From contig CM114271.1 of NCBI GenBank assembly GCA_050084515.1, positions 11,036,001 to 11,100,000 of the forward strand: a stretch of DNA of 64,000 nucleotides, in the 5' to 3' direction. This DNA comes from Blasia pusilla. Its lineage: Eukaryota. This document shows, one piece after another, positions 1 through 11,669 of this stretch. Within the stretch, counting starts at the first letter, position 1; each line of letters starts with the position of its first letter. A program made the translations under genes and the position numbers. The notes under the pieces are model-generated. The model had not been told where the DNA came from and made no database searches. It saw only the letters and a list, made by a program, of their open reading frames with translations.

Positions 1-3000
1 GTGTGGTACTCGCTCCACCCAAGGATGTCTGTATCCGGAATGGACAACGCTCCACATCGGCTCTCGTCAAGCCGAATCCTCTGAATCACGCTTTCCCCAA
101 CATCAGGGGTTGCGCTCCTGAATTCAACAAGACGCGTTGCGGACTAAAATCTCTACCTTTGGGACTCACCGACTAGAAGACCTCTCCTCGGTTATCCAGC
201 AACACCACACCATGAGAGGCCATGGCACGCTCTATCTCGGGTCTAGCGGGCATCTCCGCCATCCTAGCATCCACAGCCTGCCATGAATCTGACGTGGACG
301 GCCCAAGCATCCGCTCCAAGGGCAGGTCCATCACCTCCTCTGCAATCACCTCTGAACGTGATGCAAGAACTCCAACTCCACTCTCACATAGCATAGCGGC
401 CAGCCAAAAAGCCTCGGCGTGCAAACCCCCCAACGTCATAACATCGGAAGCAGAAAATAAAGGAGCGCGGTACACAATGGTGGCCGCCCCCAACAACGTG
501 CTCGACACATGCCCCTATTGAGCATCAACAATAGGAGTCTTTGCACTGGCTTCTTCCATCGCCCTCCGTGCTTGCACACCAACAACATCACCAACTCTCC
601 AAGAACTATGATCAGGACCCATCGATGGGGTCCTCATCGCCTCGGACAACGTGAAAGAATGAGGAAGCCTAGTCTGTTTCTTGGCTTGCCCTCGCTGTGG
701 ATTCAACTCTACGGCTGCTCCACGCGTCACAACTGGAGGTGCCTCCATCTAGGCAACCCCGTACATCCAACCAGGATCCTCCATATCTCTGGCTGCTCCA
801 TATGATGTCGATGCCACAGATTCGGCATCGGGTAATCTCAATGCCATAGCGGCAATCTGCTCTTGTAGCTGATGTATCTGAGCAGCCATCCTAGCCTCAC
901 GCCCGGCATCTCACTCAAAGCGTCTAGGTGGTAGGACTCTACCTCCTCCACAGGCAGCTCCACCACCATGTCAGGAAACTTCAGCTCCTCGTCCCCCAAC
1001 GGAACCGCATGGTGCACGATCTCTAGGCCCACCCGGACCGGCTACTCGCTCTAGTGCCCTCTCTGGCCCTCAGTCTGGACGTAACTCAGGATGTAGACGG
1101 AAACACCTGGTGTGTGTATGACCATACCTCTGAAAATAGTCACACTGATAACCTCCTGGTATAGCATCATCTCCTCCTCCATGGTAAGGCACACGTCCAT
1201 GACCCTGACGAGTGCAATCGCGCTGATGATGGGCTCCACCACATGACCAACAAGTAATAGTAGGCGGCTGCTGCTAAGCCGCATATGAAGGTGCAGGTCT
1301 TTGTGGCACGGCCTCCTCGTATCCTCCCTGAGCTCATGGTGCCACAATCGACCTATCTCGGAGTCCACGTTGCTGCACAGGTAGTGCAGACAATCGTGAT
1401 TGCTCTTGCTCAGAACCCATGGTGGCTACGCTCTCCTCTACCATGTTGCGCTCAATGTTCTTGGCGGTCCTGAAAATATCTCTCAACGTAGGGGAGCTGT
1501 TCATAAGAAGCACCCCCTCTCGCATCCGTGTTCGCAGGGTCCGGTCCAGCATCGCATACCATGACTGGATAGCGTGAGCCTCTGTCACCCCCTGAGTGAC
1601 GTTGATCAACCGGCACAAGCGAGTGTAAGCCTCATGCAAACTCTCACTCGGGCGCCTCTGGAAGTCGTGGATGCTCCGCAACTTCTCCGTCCGTACCCCC
1701 TGGTAGCTCGTCTTCATCTCAGCAAAGAACTCAACCACAAGGTTGAACCTAGGATGAACCCGACTAGACGGTGCAACTGCTCCCGTGCGAGTGACCCCTC
1801 CTAAAACATCACTAGTGGAAGAGGAAGTTTCCTCTCTTGACTCCTCCTCCTCCTCATCTGGGAATGGCTCCGTCCACGACACATAATATGGGTCATAGTA
1901 GAGCCTCCACACCTCAATCTCACGTGCATATCTCTGAGAAACTCATGGTAATCGTCCATGGACGCCCCTCTAATTGCTGGAATATACCGTTCCATGCTGT
2001 AAACAGTTTGAACTCTCTAGAGTTCGTGGCCCGCTGGGAGTCACACCAACTGCTAAACTCTAATATGAAATCGTGCAACTCAATCGTGCGTACTGCACCT
2101 GAAAACCTACGCGGTCCTCTACCCCAATCGTCCATCTCGTACGCCCAACTGGTAGGACCACTCACAATGTGTGGCGATGTGCTCATAAACTCCTCTACAT
2201 GCTCCCCCTCGTCTGAAGATGACACAGAAGGAGATTGAGGTGGTCTCTCACGTGGAGACCCTCAAAACCTCGCACCACTCCGGGTAAACCCTCCAGAGCT
2301 ACTCTCAGGTCCACTACCTTGCCTCTCAAAATCCTGAAAGGACACCATGATGGCCCTCGTGCGCCTAGCACACGATCACTCTCAACCTTGTGAGTAATCC
2401 TTCAATCACTCATCCCAAACATGCGGCACTCAATCTACACTCTCCCTTCCCGAGTTGTGTAACGTGCGGCAACAAGCAGCGTGGTGCGGCAAATCGACCA
2501 TGCTATCATCTCATCGACAATCTAACCTTAACTCTAGATATCCCACATAGGTCTATGTCCCCTAAACACATACATAAATGATGCTCTCAGCATCCACACA
2601 CCCAATATCCCCAAATAAACTACCCAAATCTCATAATCCCCCACACGTGCAAGGTAAAGGACCAGAATGGGTAACCTGAACACATGTCGATGTCGCTCCT
2701 CAGCAACTGTAGATCTCGACCCCAACTTGATGGTGGAGACAACTCCTCCAATCAGCAAGTCATACTCCTCCCAACCTGACGCTGCTTAAAACTCCTTGAT
2801 GGACAGTGCGGTTCCAGCGGAATGGTGCGGAGTTACAAGCGGCACAGAACGGCTAGGAACGGCACGACCCTCCATGGTGGGATGTAGCACTCGGCGGCAT
2901 ACCCTCCTCAATCACCAATAAACCCACACTCTGCTCCACAATGACGATGCAGCTTCGTGATCGAGATGGTGTGGTGCGGCCATGAGTGGCACGGCGCGGC

Positions 3001-4459
3001 AATCGGTGGCGCGTTGCGGCTACGGGCGTCATGGCACAGTACTCGATCGTCGTCGAGCGGCTACCAATCACAACATAGCAGCATGAAATCAAAACTCAAA
3101 CACCATAACCGGAGGTCATCTACCATCACTGGTTGATGACGAAACTGTGATGATGGTGGCGGCCAAATCAAAGTACATGGTGGCGGCGCAAGTCAGAGAA
3201 TCAATGAACGTCGTGGAAGATCCTCCACTTCGTAATGGCGGCAATGGAAACCAAAGGGTGGACAACGGCTGAATGCATCTCTGAGCAACGCTGGGAAACG
3301 GCAACGGCCGACGGTGGACGATGGACGGTTGACCATCGATGGTGACGGTTGACCGGTGATAGTGACTATGACAGTGACGGCCGCCGCCGGCGTGGCGACT
3401 GGTTTAGGGTTTGAACAATTTAACCCTAAAAATCGCCTAGCAATGGCAATTTTGCAAGATTGACCATAACTTTTTACTCAAAACTCCAAATTGCACACCA
3501 TTTGTTGCACAACGTGCATAGCTTCACGATCTACAAAGCGTCAAAAACTATTTGGAATTGGACATTTCAATAAAAATTGACGGGGACTGCTATAAAGCCC
3601 AATGTCTCTTACACAAAATTTGGCAGCGCTTTCGCGTTGATTTCTCCCAACCAAAATGTAAAACCTGAAAAATAAAAATCAGCAAGCTACATGGTGCTCC
3701 CAAGAGCATCGGCACGGGGCAACCCGCCCCCATGATCAATCCCTGTAAAAAATTGTGCAGCGCTTCCACGCGCCACTCTTCCACACAAAAAATCCGCAAA
3801 TGCAAAGAACATTCAAAGCAACCCTTGCTCTGGTGAGCACTCCCATGAGCCGCTAAGCGGGGAACACGATCCCAACCTGCAAAAACAGCGAGTGACCAGC
3901 GAGCTCCCCCATGAAGCTCTCTCACTCTCTCATTCTCTCTTTGTAAAGTAAGATCCAATATCTCTCTACACCATCTCACACCATAGCTCTCAAAGGTGTG
4001 CACTCTCTCTCATGTCAAACCAAACCCACTCTCCTAATGAGAGGCTTGGGTTACACTCACAAAGCAAGGGACCATAGCTCCGTCGCCTCATGCCAAAAGG
4101 TTCAACAAAGAGAGAATGAGCTCTCAAGCTCTCTCTCTCCTTGAGGTATACCCCTCCCCTCTCCCAAGCTCTCTCCATGGTAACCTATTCTCCCAAGTCA
4201 CCTCCTTGGCTCTTGACCTGATGTAGGAGGTCAAGGGCCACTTATCAAAAATAGATTTTCGATCATATACCCAAAATGGTATTTACCTAAAATAGTAAGT
4301 TCCTCAATATGGCTCCAAATGAGCCGAAACAAAGGGGAAACCTGCTCTCTCTGGTTTCCCGGGGCCTCAGCAGGTTATCCTCGATCTAGTGAGCGTTCCC
4401 TACACGACTCATGAAGGCGCTCTACTAGATCTCACTGATCTATTCTAAAAGACTTGACA
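1..4459 (-). mobile_element. Degenerate Ty3/gypsy element (relative of the PHD-integrase family), 5' part: terminal repeat A, leader, gag, protease
   Basis: Minus-strand gag fragments (1920-2225 GAVRTIELHDFILEFSSWCD; 1334-1912) resemble gag at 26880-27600. A protease-like RVLLNSGAQPLMLG reads on the minus strand at about 95-140. The terminal repeat at 3942-4459 starts TGTCA on the minus strand. Confidence 0.8.
3942..4459 (-). repeat. 5' terminal repeat (A part only) of the gypsy element at 1-4459
   Basis: Similar to 7836-8335. Bounded TGTCA...TTTACA on the minus strand and followed directly by internal sequence, without the B segment seen at 7707-7825. Confidence 0.75.
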
Positions 4460-5919
4460 GCCATTTGAGGTTCATGAACTGAGCAGAAAGTCTGTCCCAA
4501 GTCTTTCGAGACTCGCCTTTCTTGTAAACCACGAAACTCGGAAGGTTGAGCTTGATGAGAGGACAAGTCTAGAACTCAACAAGTTAGAACGGATGATTGA
4601 TCCAGACTCAACTAACGTGAGTGCGTGTTTAGATGCAGATCAACGTTGAGAGCGTGTCCTAATGAACGCACGCTTCTGCAACAACAAATATTAACGTTCA
4701 AGGAGAGTAGGCGCACGACACGTGGTATTAGAGCAAATCCTTGGTGAGCGCAAACTTGGGATCGTAGAAGATCTAGATGTTTGAGAAGAACTCAAGCAGG
4801 GAGACCTCGACGCTCAGGGAGGAACGCAAGAGACGAGGAGGAAATTTGAGAAAGTGAAGATTCGCAAATAGCGACCAAGGTCAAAGAACTAAGGAAGTCG
4901 CGAGTCAAGTCAAAAAATCCAAGAGATGAATCAATGACTGATCGAGAGCCGTAGGAGGAGATAACGACTCTCGAAGTGTTGAGGCCTAGACATGAGGATA
5001 TCCTAGACGCTAATTTTTTTGCAGGGCCTTTGGCTCCAAACTCAAATGACCCCACCTTTTATGTCCAAATGATGGATTTGATAAAGGTGATGACTAAGCA
5101 GATGGCCCAACGGAGCAAGTTGATCGTTAAGCTCAAGTTGAATGGAGGTTCTAGTTCCGGCAAGAAGCTTTGCAAGACAAATTTGCCAATGCCATTCACA
5201 AGAGTGGGGCGGTCTCAGAAAGTGAACGAGTTTCTAACGGAGCTCGAACTTTATTTCGAGGCTCAAAGGACAGAGGAACAAGACAAGGTGATTGCATTGG
5301 TCACGTTCCTTAAGGATCAGGCTCCCCACTAGTGGACTGTTCATCGCAAAGGACATTTGGGCTGAGGAACAACATGGAGTTGGGAAGAGTTCAAGGTATT
5401 GATTAGCGAAGGATTCACTCTGGAGTACCAAGAGTATCGCGATGCAATGGAGTTTGTACAGCTTTGGTAAAGTGGGTCCCTTAGTGCTTATGTGCAAGAG
5501 TTTAGTGCAAGCATAAACCCAATCCCGACGATGGACGAGTTTGGATTGAAGGTAATCTTTTTAAGTGGACTCAAGTTAAGCGCAGAGAAGGCCCTCTTCC
5601 GTATGCCTCAACTACCACAGATGTGCGCAAAGCTTCTGAGACTAGCGGAACGGATTGGAGATGATGAGGTCCAAAGCCAAAAACCCTTGGAGCATAAAAG
5701 TTTTTCAAAGTTACTAAAAAACAAAGGGATGTTCAAGAGGGTTTGGAGTGGGGGTGAGCGCAACCATGGAGGGTCTCTTATCCTAGCAATAAAATGAGTG
5801 GAACTCAATGCAAAGCCAAGAGGGTAGCCTCACCCGAAGTCAGCAAACGCCAAAGTGATTTGTTACAATTATGGTGAACGCGAGCATATGGCTAAGGAAT
5901 GTGCGAGGCCCAAGGTTAG

Positions 5920-7351
5920 TAAACCGTATCGGTCCTACACCAACTGGGGGTCCAACGACTTGTCATATTCCCATACCCCACTCTCTCGCTACCTCTCCTT
6001 GCTTGGGAGATCTTGTGATTCCCGGCATCGGTGCCAAATTTTCCTTACCTACTTCCTTATGTAATGTACAACTCAAGGAAAAAGGTACTCCTTTCATCGA
6101 AAAGTATTAAGTTCATTCCCAAGAGATCACCGTTTCCTGAGTTAAGAGAGGTTTTATAAGAAATATCAAGAATGAATCCTTCTTCACTAAGCACTTAACT
6201 AATTACAATAACCAAGTCTTCACTAGTAAAAAAGAACAAAACGGTTTTCTTCCCCCTTGGAAAAGACTCTTCTCGAGTTTAGACAACGACTCTTGCGAAT
6301 CTTGGATAACAAAGTTATAACGAAGACCTCAAAGAGACCTCAAGAATGAGCGACTCGTCCTACTTTCAGAACTGAATCTATCACGACAGGTTACTCACTG
6401 TCTTACAACTTTCCTACGCTCTTCTTGATTATTTTATGGAATTCCGAAATCACTAGACTCAACTCTCATCCCTACTACAGCCCATTAAGGTTTTACACTC
6501 AATTCTACACATCAAAAAGCATGAGAGAAGGCACTTCTAATGCATCAAAGAGTGGAAAGAACTAGAAAGTATTGCAAGCTTCAGAAAGTACAAGACTCTT
6601 CGGCTTGGATCGTCCCCATAAAACTCCTTACACAACCCACCAAGACTACTCATAAACTCAAGATACAAGGAATTGATTCTAACCAACACTACCGGGGAAT
6701 TCAAGACACAAGGAAATGATCCCTTCTTCTTCTGATTTATTCTTTAAATAGTCCCTTTGTATGATTCTTGGCTCTTCCTATTCTACTATAGAATTCTAAC
6801 TGATAATCCTAGCCTCCTTGGTTCAAATTATCCAACCCTCCATCTTCCTAAGGCGGTTGGTTGCCCTGGAGAGTCATTTTCGCTTCCTTTTGCACTGCTG
6901 CGCCGCTCCATTTCCGGCTTCCAAAACTGTCGTGACGATTCGGTCTTCATAGTCTTCACGCTCTTCGTAGTTCTATCTTCAGAGTCCTATCTTCGCGAAG
7001 ACTCTTTGATCTTCGTTCTTTGTTCTTTGGTCTTCGCTCTTTGTTTACAGTTTTTGCACAAAGACTCCTTTGGAACTTTGGCTGCAAAGAAGAAGTCTTT
7101 ACAGTCCTCCTTGACACTCTTTACAGTCATTTTCACTCCTCCAAAACACTTCCTTGATCTTCCAATCTTCTTTTCTTTTCAATGGAGTTTCACTAACTAC
7201 CCTTATCAAGTACTCTTCCAACTATTTCTCTTCCTCTATTCGTATTTACAATCTTCTACGAAATCTTCAATCTTCCTTCCTAAAGACTTTTACCTATTTC
7301 TATACAAAAAACATCCAAAATATAAAATTTTCACAAGAGTGGGTTATCACA
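5920..7351 (-). mobile_element. LTR (6060-7351) plus tRNA-Asp PBS and short leader of a non-chromovirus (Athila/Tat-like) gypsy family
   Basis: TGTAAT...GGGTTATCACA, similar to 48252-49536, 53867-55320 and 55595-57038. TTCCCGGCATCGGTGCCA at 6019-6036 approximates the 3' end of plant tRNA-Asp. Confidence 0.85.
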
Positions 7352-7706
7352 ACAGAATCAATGGAGTCTTGGAGAACACATTCTTGGATGTGTATAAGGT
7401 GGAACTGAGGCAAAGACCTTTGAGGTTTAGCGTCTTGGTAAACGGAAAACGGATGCAAGTCATATTGGTTCGTGAGGTTCTTAGAAAGACCGAGTTGGTG
7501 AGCGCCATCACGAGGACAAGTTTGACCGAGTTAAAGGAAAGATTAATTTGCTTTATGAGACAAGTCGAGGATGACGCAAGCGCAAGATGTAGAGATCATA
7601 ACTCAGCTTTAAGGGAAATTCCTGAAACACTCAAGAGAGTTGTGACAGAATTTGGAGATGTTTTGACTAAGGAGCTTCCGACCGAGTTGCCACCACATAG
7701 GGCAGT

Positions 7707-8335
7707 TTTTGTGCGCATACACATCGCTACACAACATACATCGCTATCACCAAGAACACACACAAACACGCACGATCCCATACTAACTCATGAGATCCAA
7801 ACAATGAGACAAGAAGTACCAAAATATCTCCAATAAAATAAGATCCAATCTCTCTCACAACACCATAGTTCTCACATGTCTCTCTCAATGTCAAAAAAAA
7901 TCCATTCTCCTAACAAGAGGATTGGGTTACACACACAAGGCAAACAAGACCATGGCTCCGCCGCCTCGTCCAAAGAGGTTCAACAAAGAAAGAATGAGCT
8001 CTCAAACTCTCTCTCCTTGAAGTATACCCTTCCCCTCTCCCAAGCTCTCTCCATGGTAATCTATGCTCCCAAGTCACTTCCTTGGCTCTTGACCTGATGT
8101 AGGATGTCAAGGGCCACCTACCAAAAATATAAAGTCAATCATATACTCAAAATGGTACTTACCTAAAATAATAAGTTCCTCAATATGGCTTCAAATGAGC
8201 CGAAACGAAGGGGAAACCTACTCTCTCAGGTTTCCCGAGGCCTCATCAAGTCATCCTCAACCTACTGAGCCTATCATCCACTACTCACAAAAGCGCTCTA
8301 CTAGATCTCACCGATCTATCCTAATAGATGTGACA
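7707..8335 (-). mobile_element. Solo terminal repeat (A+B) of the split-repeat gypsy group, inserted in the chromovirus pol
   Basis: It splits the host ELPPHRAV/DHKIEV. Flanks are CAGT/CATT (degenerate TSD). The A part matches 3950-4459; the B end (GCGATGTATGTTGT...GATGTG.AT.CGCAC on the minus strand) matches 32531-32567. Confidence 0.8.
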
Positions 8336-10209
8336 CATTTGATCATAAGATAGAGGTGATACACGGATTTGAACCACCTTCATAGGTGCCATATAGGTTG
8401 AATCAAGAAGAACTTGCAGAGTTGAAGAACCAATTGGATGAATTCCTAGAAAGAGGTTACATCCGAACTAGCAAGTCACCTTATGGAGCGCCCGTTCTCT
8501 TTATGAAGAAGATGGAAAGTCGAGACTCTATGTTGATTACCGGGCGCTGAATAAAGTGACGGTAAGGAACAACTATCCTCTTTCGAGGATGGATGACCTC
8601 TTTGATCGATTTTCAAGTGCGAAGTGTTTCAGTAGGATTGCCCCGAATCAGGATATTTTCAGATTTGGATTGCCGAAGCGGATGTAGAGAAGACTGCGTG
8701 TAGGATGAGATACCGTTTGTTTGAGTTTGTGGTAATGCCTTTCGGTCTATGTAATGCGCCTCCGACGTTCACCAATTTGATGAACTCCATCTTTTATAAG
8801 GATATGGATGAGTATGTGATAATCTAGATAGATGACATACACATCTATTCGAAAACACTAGAGGATCACGATCGACATTTGAAGACGGTGTTTGAGAAAC
8901 TCAATCTTCATATTAAGATGGTGTTTGGGCTGCACGACAATCCCTGTAAATTTTTTTGTGAAGATCAAATGAAGAAATCTATTAGATGTTGTTATAGATT
9001 AGGAAGTTTTGCATGTTTTGGAAGAAATGTTGCACGATTTCATTGTCTTAACATGAAGTTACGACAATTCTCGTGTGGCTGCCATGGCCACCGTTCCAAG
9101 GTGTGAGTGAAATTTCCAAAACCCTTGGGTAAAAATACTTGTTGATAGGTAGAAAAATAAACTCATGTTTCATCTCAATGGATAGGACAAGTGAAGGCTA
9201 CCACTTGGAGTTAGAAGTTGAGTGGGAAAATTTTTGGGGAGGGTTTGACCCACGTTGGGGGGTTTAAGCAAGCATCCAAAAGGAGTAAAATGAGGAGCAG
9301 ATCCGATTTCTCGGGGGTATTTTAGTAAGAAGGCAAAAAATAAGGGTGGGGGGGGATCGCATGCTGTTAGGCCGCCGACCCCGTGTGCTAGTAGCCTTGA
9401 CCGCCCCAGTGGCGTTACCCCGTGCGCGTCTGGCGCGCTGCTTGCTGTGCCGCTCCGCCATCTTCGGCCCTATTTCGACGTTGTCCATGGACCCCCGTCG
9501 CGACTTTCTGCGGCTGCTACGACTATTCGGTCGTGCCGCGACCCCGACAAAGCCCGGCCTGCCGTGACTACTGACCGTGTGAGGTCTGCCACCGTTACCC
9601 ACATGACCGCCATATCTGCACCTCTGGCCATTCCGACTTTCGGCCGCACGACCCGACTACTTCCGCGCAACGTCCGGGGAGAACCGGCAACATGAGTAAA
9701 GCTGGCCGGTTAAAATAAGGAATTGACGACGCCTGGGAAAATTAGCCGGCTAAGATTCCGACGACATCAGAGGATATTCTGGTTAATGGATGGCCGGCAT
9801 TTCTTAAGCCGGAAATGTGCCGTTTCCCGGGAGGACTACGCCGGAATGTTGCAGCTGCCGGTCACTTCCCCCGGATTCAGTCCGGAATGCATTTCACAGC
9901 GATCGGTATTTTTCTGGCCCACTTTCAAGTGGTCGGAAAGCCGGATAGTAGATGAGAACCGTTAGATTCTCATGCGGTGATCATGGCCGTCCGATGTAGG
10001 GCAGCCGTCAGGGCCGAAGGAACGTTAGGGAGCGAGACTGCGAGTGAGTGGGGCAGCGGGGCCCTGTGGGAGTGAGTCGGCGACTGTCGGCCCACTCGGG
10101 TGACCGAGCATTCGAGGTGCGAGTCGTGCGACTCCGTCCGAGAGTCCGAGAGTCCGAGACCGTTCGAGTCGGCCCGACTCGTCCGAGAGTCCGAGGGTTG
10201 GCTGCAATG

Positions 10210-11150
10210 CTGCATTCGTCGAAGGGGGTCCATTCGCTCACTGCGCAGCTCGAGCGGGATTTGCAATCTTGCACTTGCAATGTTGCACCTGTCTGTCGCC
10301 GAAGGAGGTCCATTCGCTCACTGCGCAGCTCGAGCAAGATTTGCAATCTTGCACTTGCAGTGTCGCACCTGTCTGTCGCCGAAGGGGGTCCATTCGCTCA
10401 TTGCGCAGCTCGAGCAGGATTTGCAATCTTGCAGTGTTGCACCTGTCTGTCGCCGAAGGGGGTCCATTCGCTCACTGCGCAGCTCGAGCGGGATTTACAA
10501 TCTTGCAGTGTTGCACCATGCTCGTCGCCGAAGGGTCCATTCGCTCACTGCGCGGATTTCGGCGGGATTTGCAATCTTGCGGTGTTGCACCTGTCATTGC
10601 GAAAGGGTCCATTCGCTCACCGGTATTGCACACCATCGCCGAAGAAGGGTGGGTCCATTCGCTCATCTGCTGCAGCGGCTCGAGCGGGATTTGCAATCTT
10701 GCAGTGTTGCACCTATCTGTCGCCGAAGGGGGTCCATTCGCTCACTCGTGTTGCACCTGTCTGTCGCCGAAGGGGGTCCATTCGCTCACTGCGCAGCTCG
10801 AGCGGGATTTGCAATCTTGCATTGTTGCACCTGTCTGTCGCCGAAGGGGGTCCATTCGCTCACTGGTGTTGCATCTGTCTGTCGCCGAAGGGGGTGGGTC
10901 CATTCGCTCACTGCGCAGCTCGAGCGGGATTTGCAATCTTGCACCTGTCTGTCTTGCTGCTCTTTCATTCGTCGAAGGGGGTCCATTCGCGAAGTTGCTA
11001 CCAAGCCAGACTGTGACACTCCGCAGCTCGAGCGGGATTTGCAATCTTGCAGTGACTTGCACCTGTCTGTCTTGCTGCTCTTTCATTCCAGAGTGTGTCA
11101 CGGCGCAGCTCGAGTGACTCGAGCGTGATTTGCAATCTTGCACTGTCTGT
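10210..11150. repeat. Imperfect tandem array (about 70-bp unit) in the hAT 5' region
   Basis: Recurrent unit GAAGGGGGTCCATTCGCTCACTGCGCAGCTCGAGCGGGATTTGCAATCTTGCAGTGTTGCACCTGTCTGTCGCC, in roughly a dozen full or partial copies. Confidence 0.95.
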
Positions 11151-11669
11151 CTTGCTGCTCTTGTATTGCTGCTCTTGCACTAGTGCTGCGAATCCTTATC
11201 ACTTTCTTCTTTGTTTGCATTACTCGGATGAGTCGGCTACTATCGGTGCTCCATCGTTAGCATCCGGAAGGAAAGACGCCACGGCAGCGCGGCGACCACC
11301 ACGGCCCCTGATTCTAAACTCGCGTGAGCTGTGACGAGGCTCTCTCGAGTGCATTTCTGTCAACGAGCATCCGCTCATTCCGCTCACTGCTCAGATTCAT
11401 TGTGACAGTGGCATGTTTACACTTTCGTGACAGGGTTTACGCTGTTTACACTTTGATGTTTAGACTTTCGTGACAGGGTTTAGGTTTAGGATTCGGGTCT
11501 GCTTTGCACGAAGGTTTGGCACCCTCGCGAGTCAGAGGCCCTATTTATCATTCTTTATCTTGATTCGGGGTCTGCTTTGCTCTCGGGTTTGGCAACAGAG
11601 AGTGAATTAGGTTCGAGTCTTGGGTTTTCTGACTTCAGCCTTCTGCTCCGAGCCTTCATTGTCTGAGAT

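Larger units (their letters stand above)
4460..8905 (+). mobile_element. Truncated chromovirus-like Ty3/gypsy element (partial LTR, Met-type PBS, gag, zinc knuckle, RT), interrupted twice
   Basis: LTR end ...CACGACA at 4720 and PBS TGGTATTAGAGC at 4723-4734. gag at 4976-5800, then CYNYGEREHMAKEC knuckle. ELPPHRAV|DHKIEV...[10 protein letters not shown] and RT motifs at 8341-8900. Confidence 0.85.

Noticed and set aside
6757-7836. 359-aa hydrophobic ORF resembling a membrane or env protein
   Set aside because: It is a chimera reading through a T-rich LTR, a host pol fragment and a solo repeat.
10048-11143. Long Cys-rich ORFs in several frames
   Set aside because: They are artefacts of a stop-poor tandem repeat and show no domain signal.
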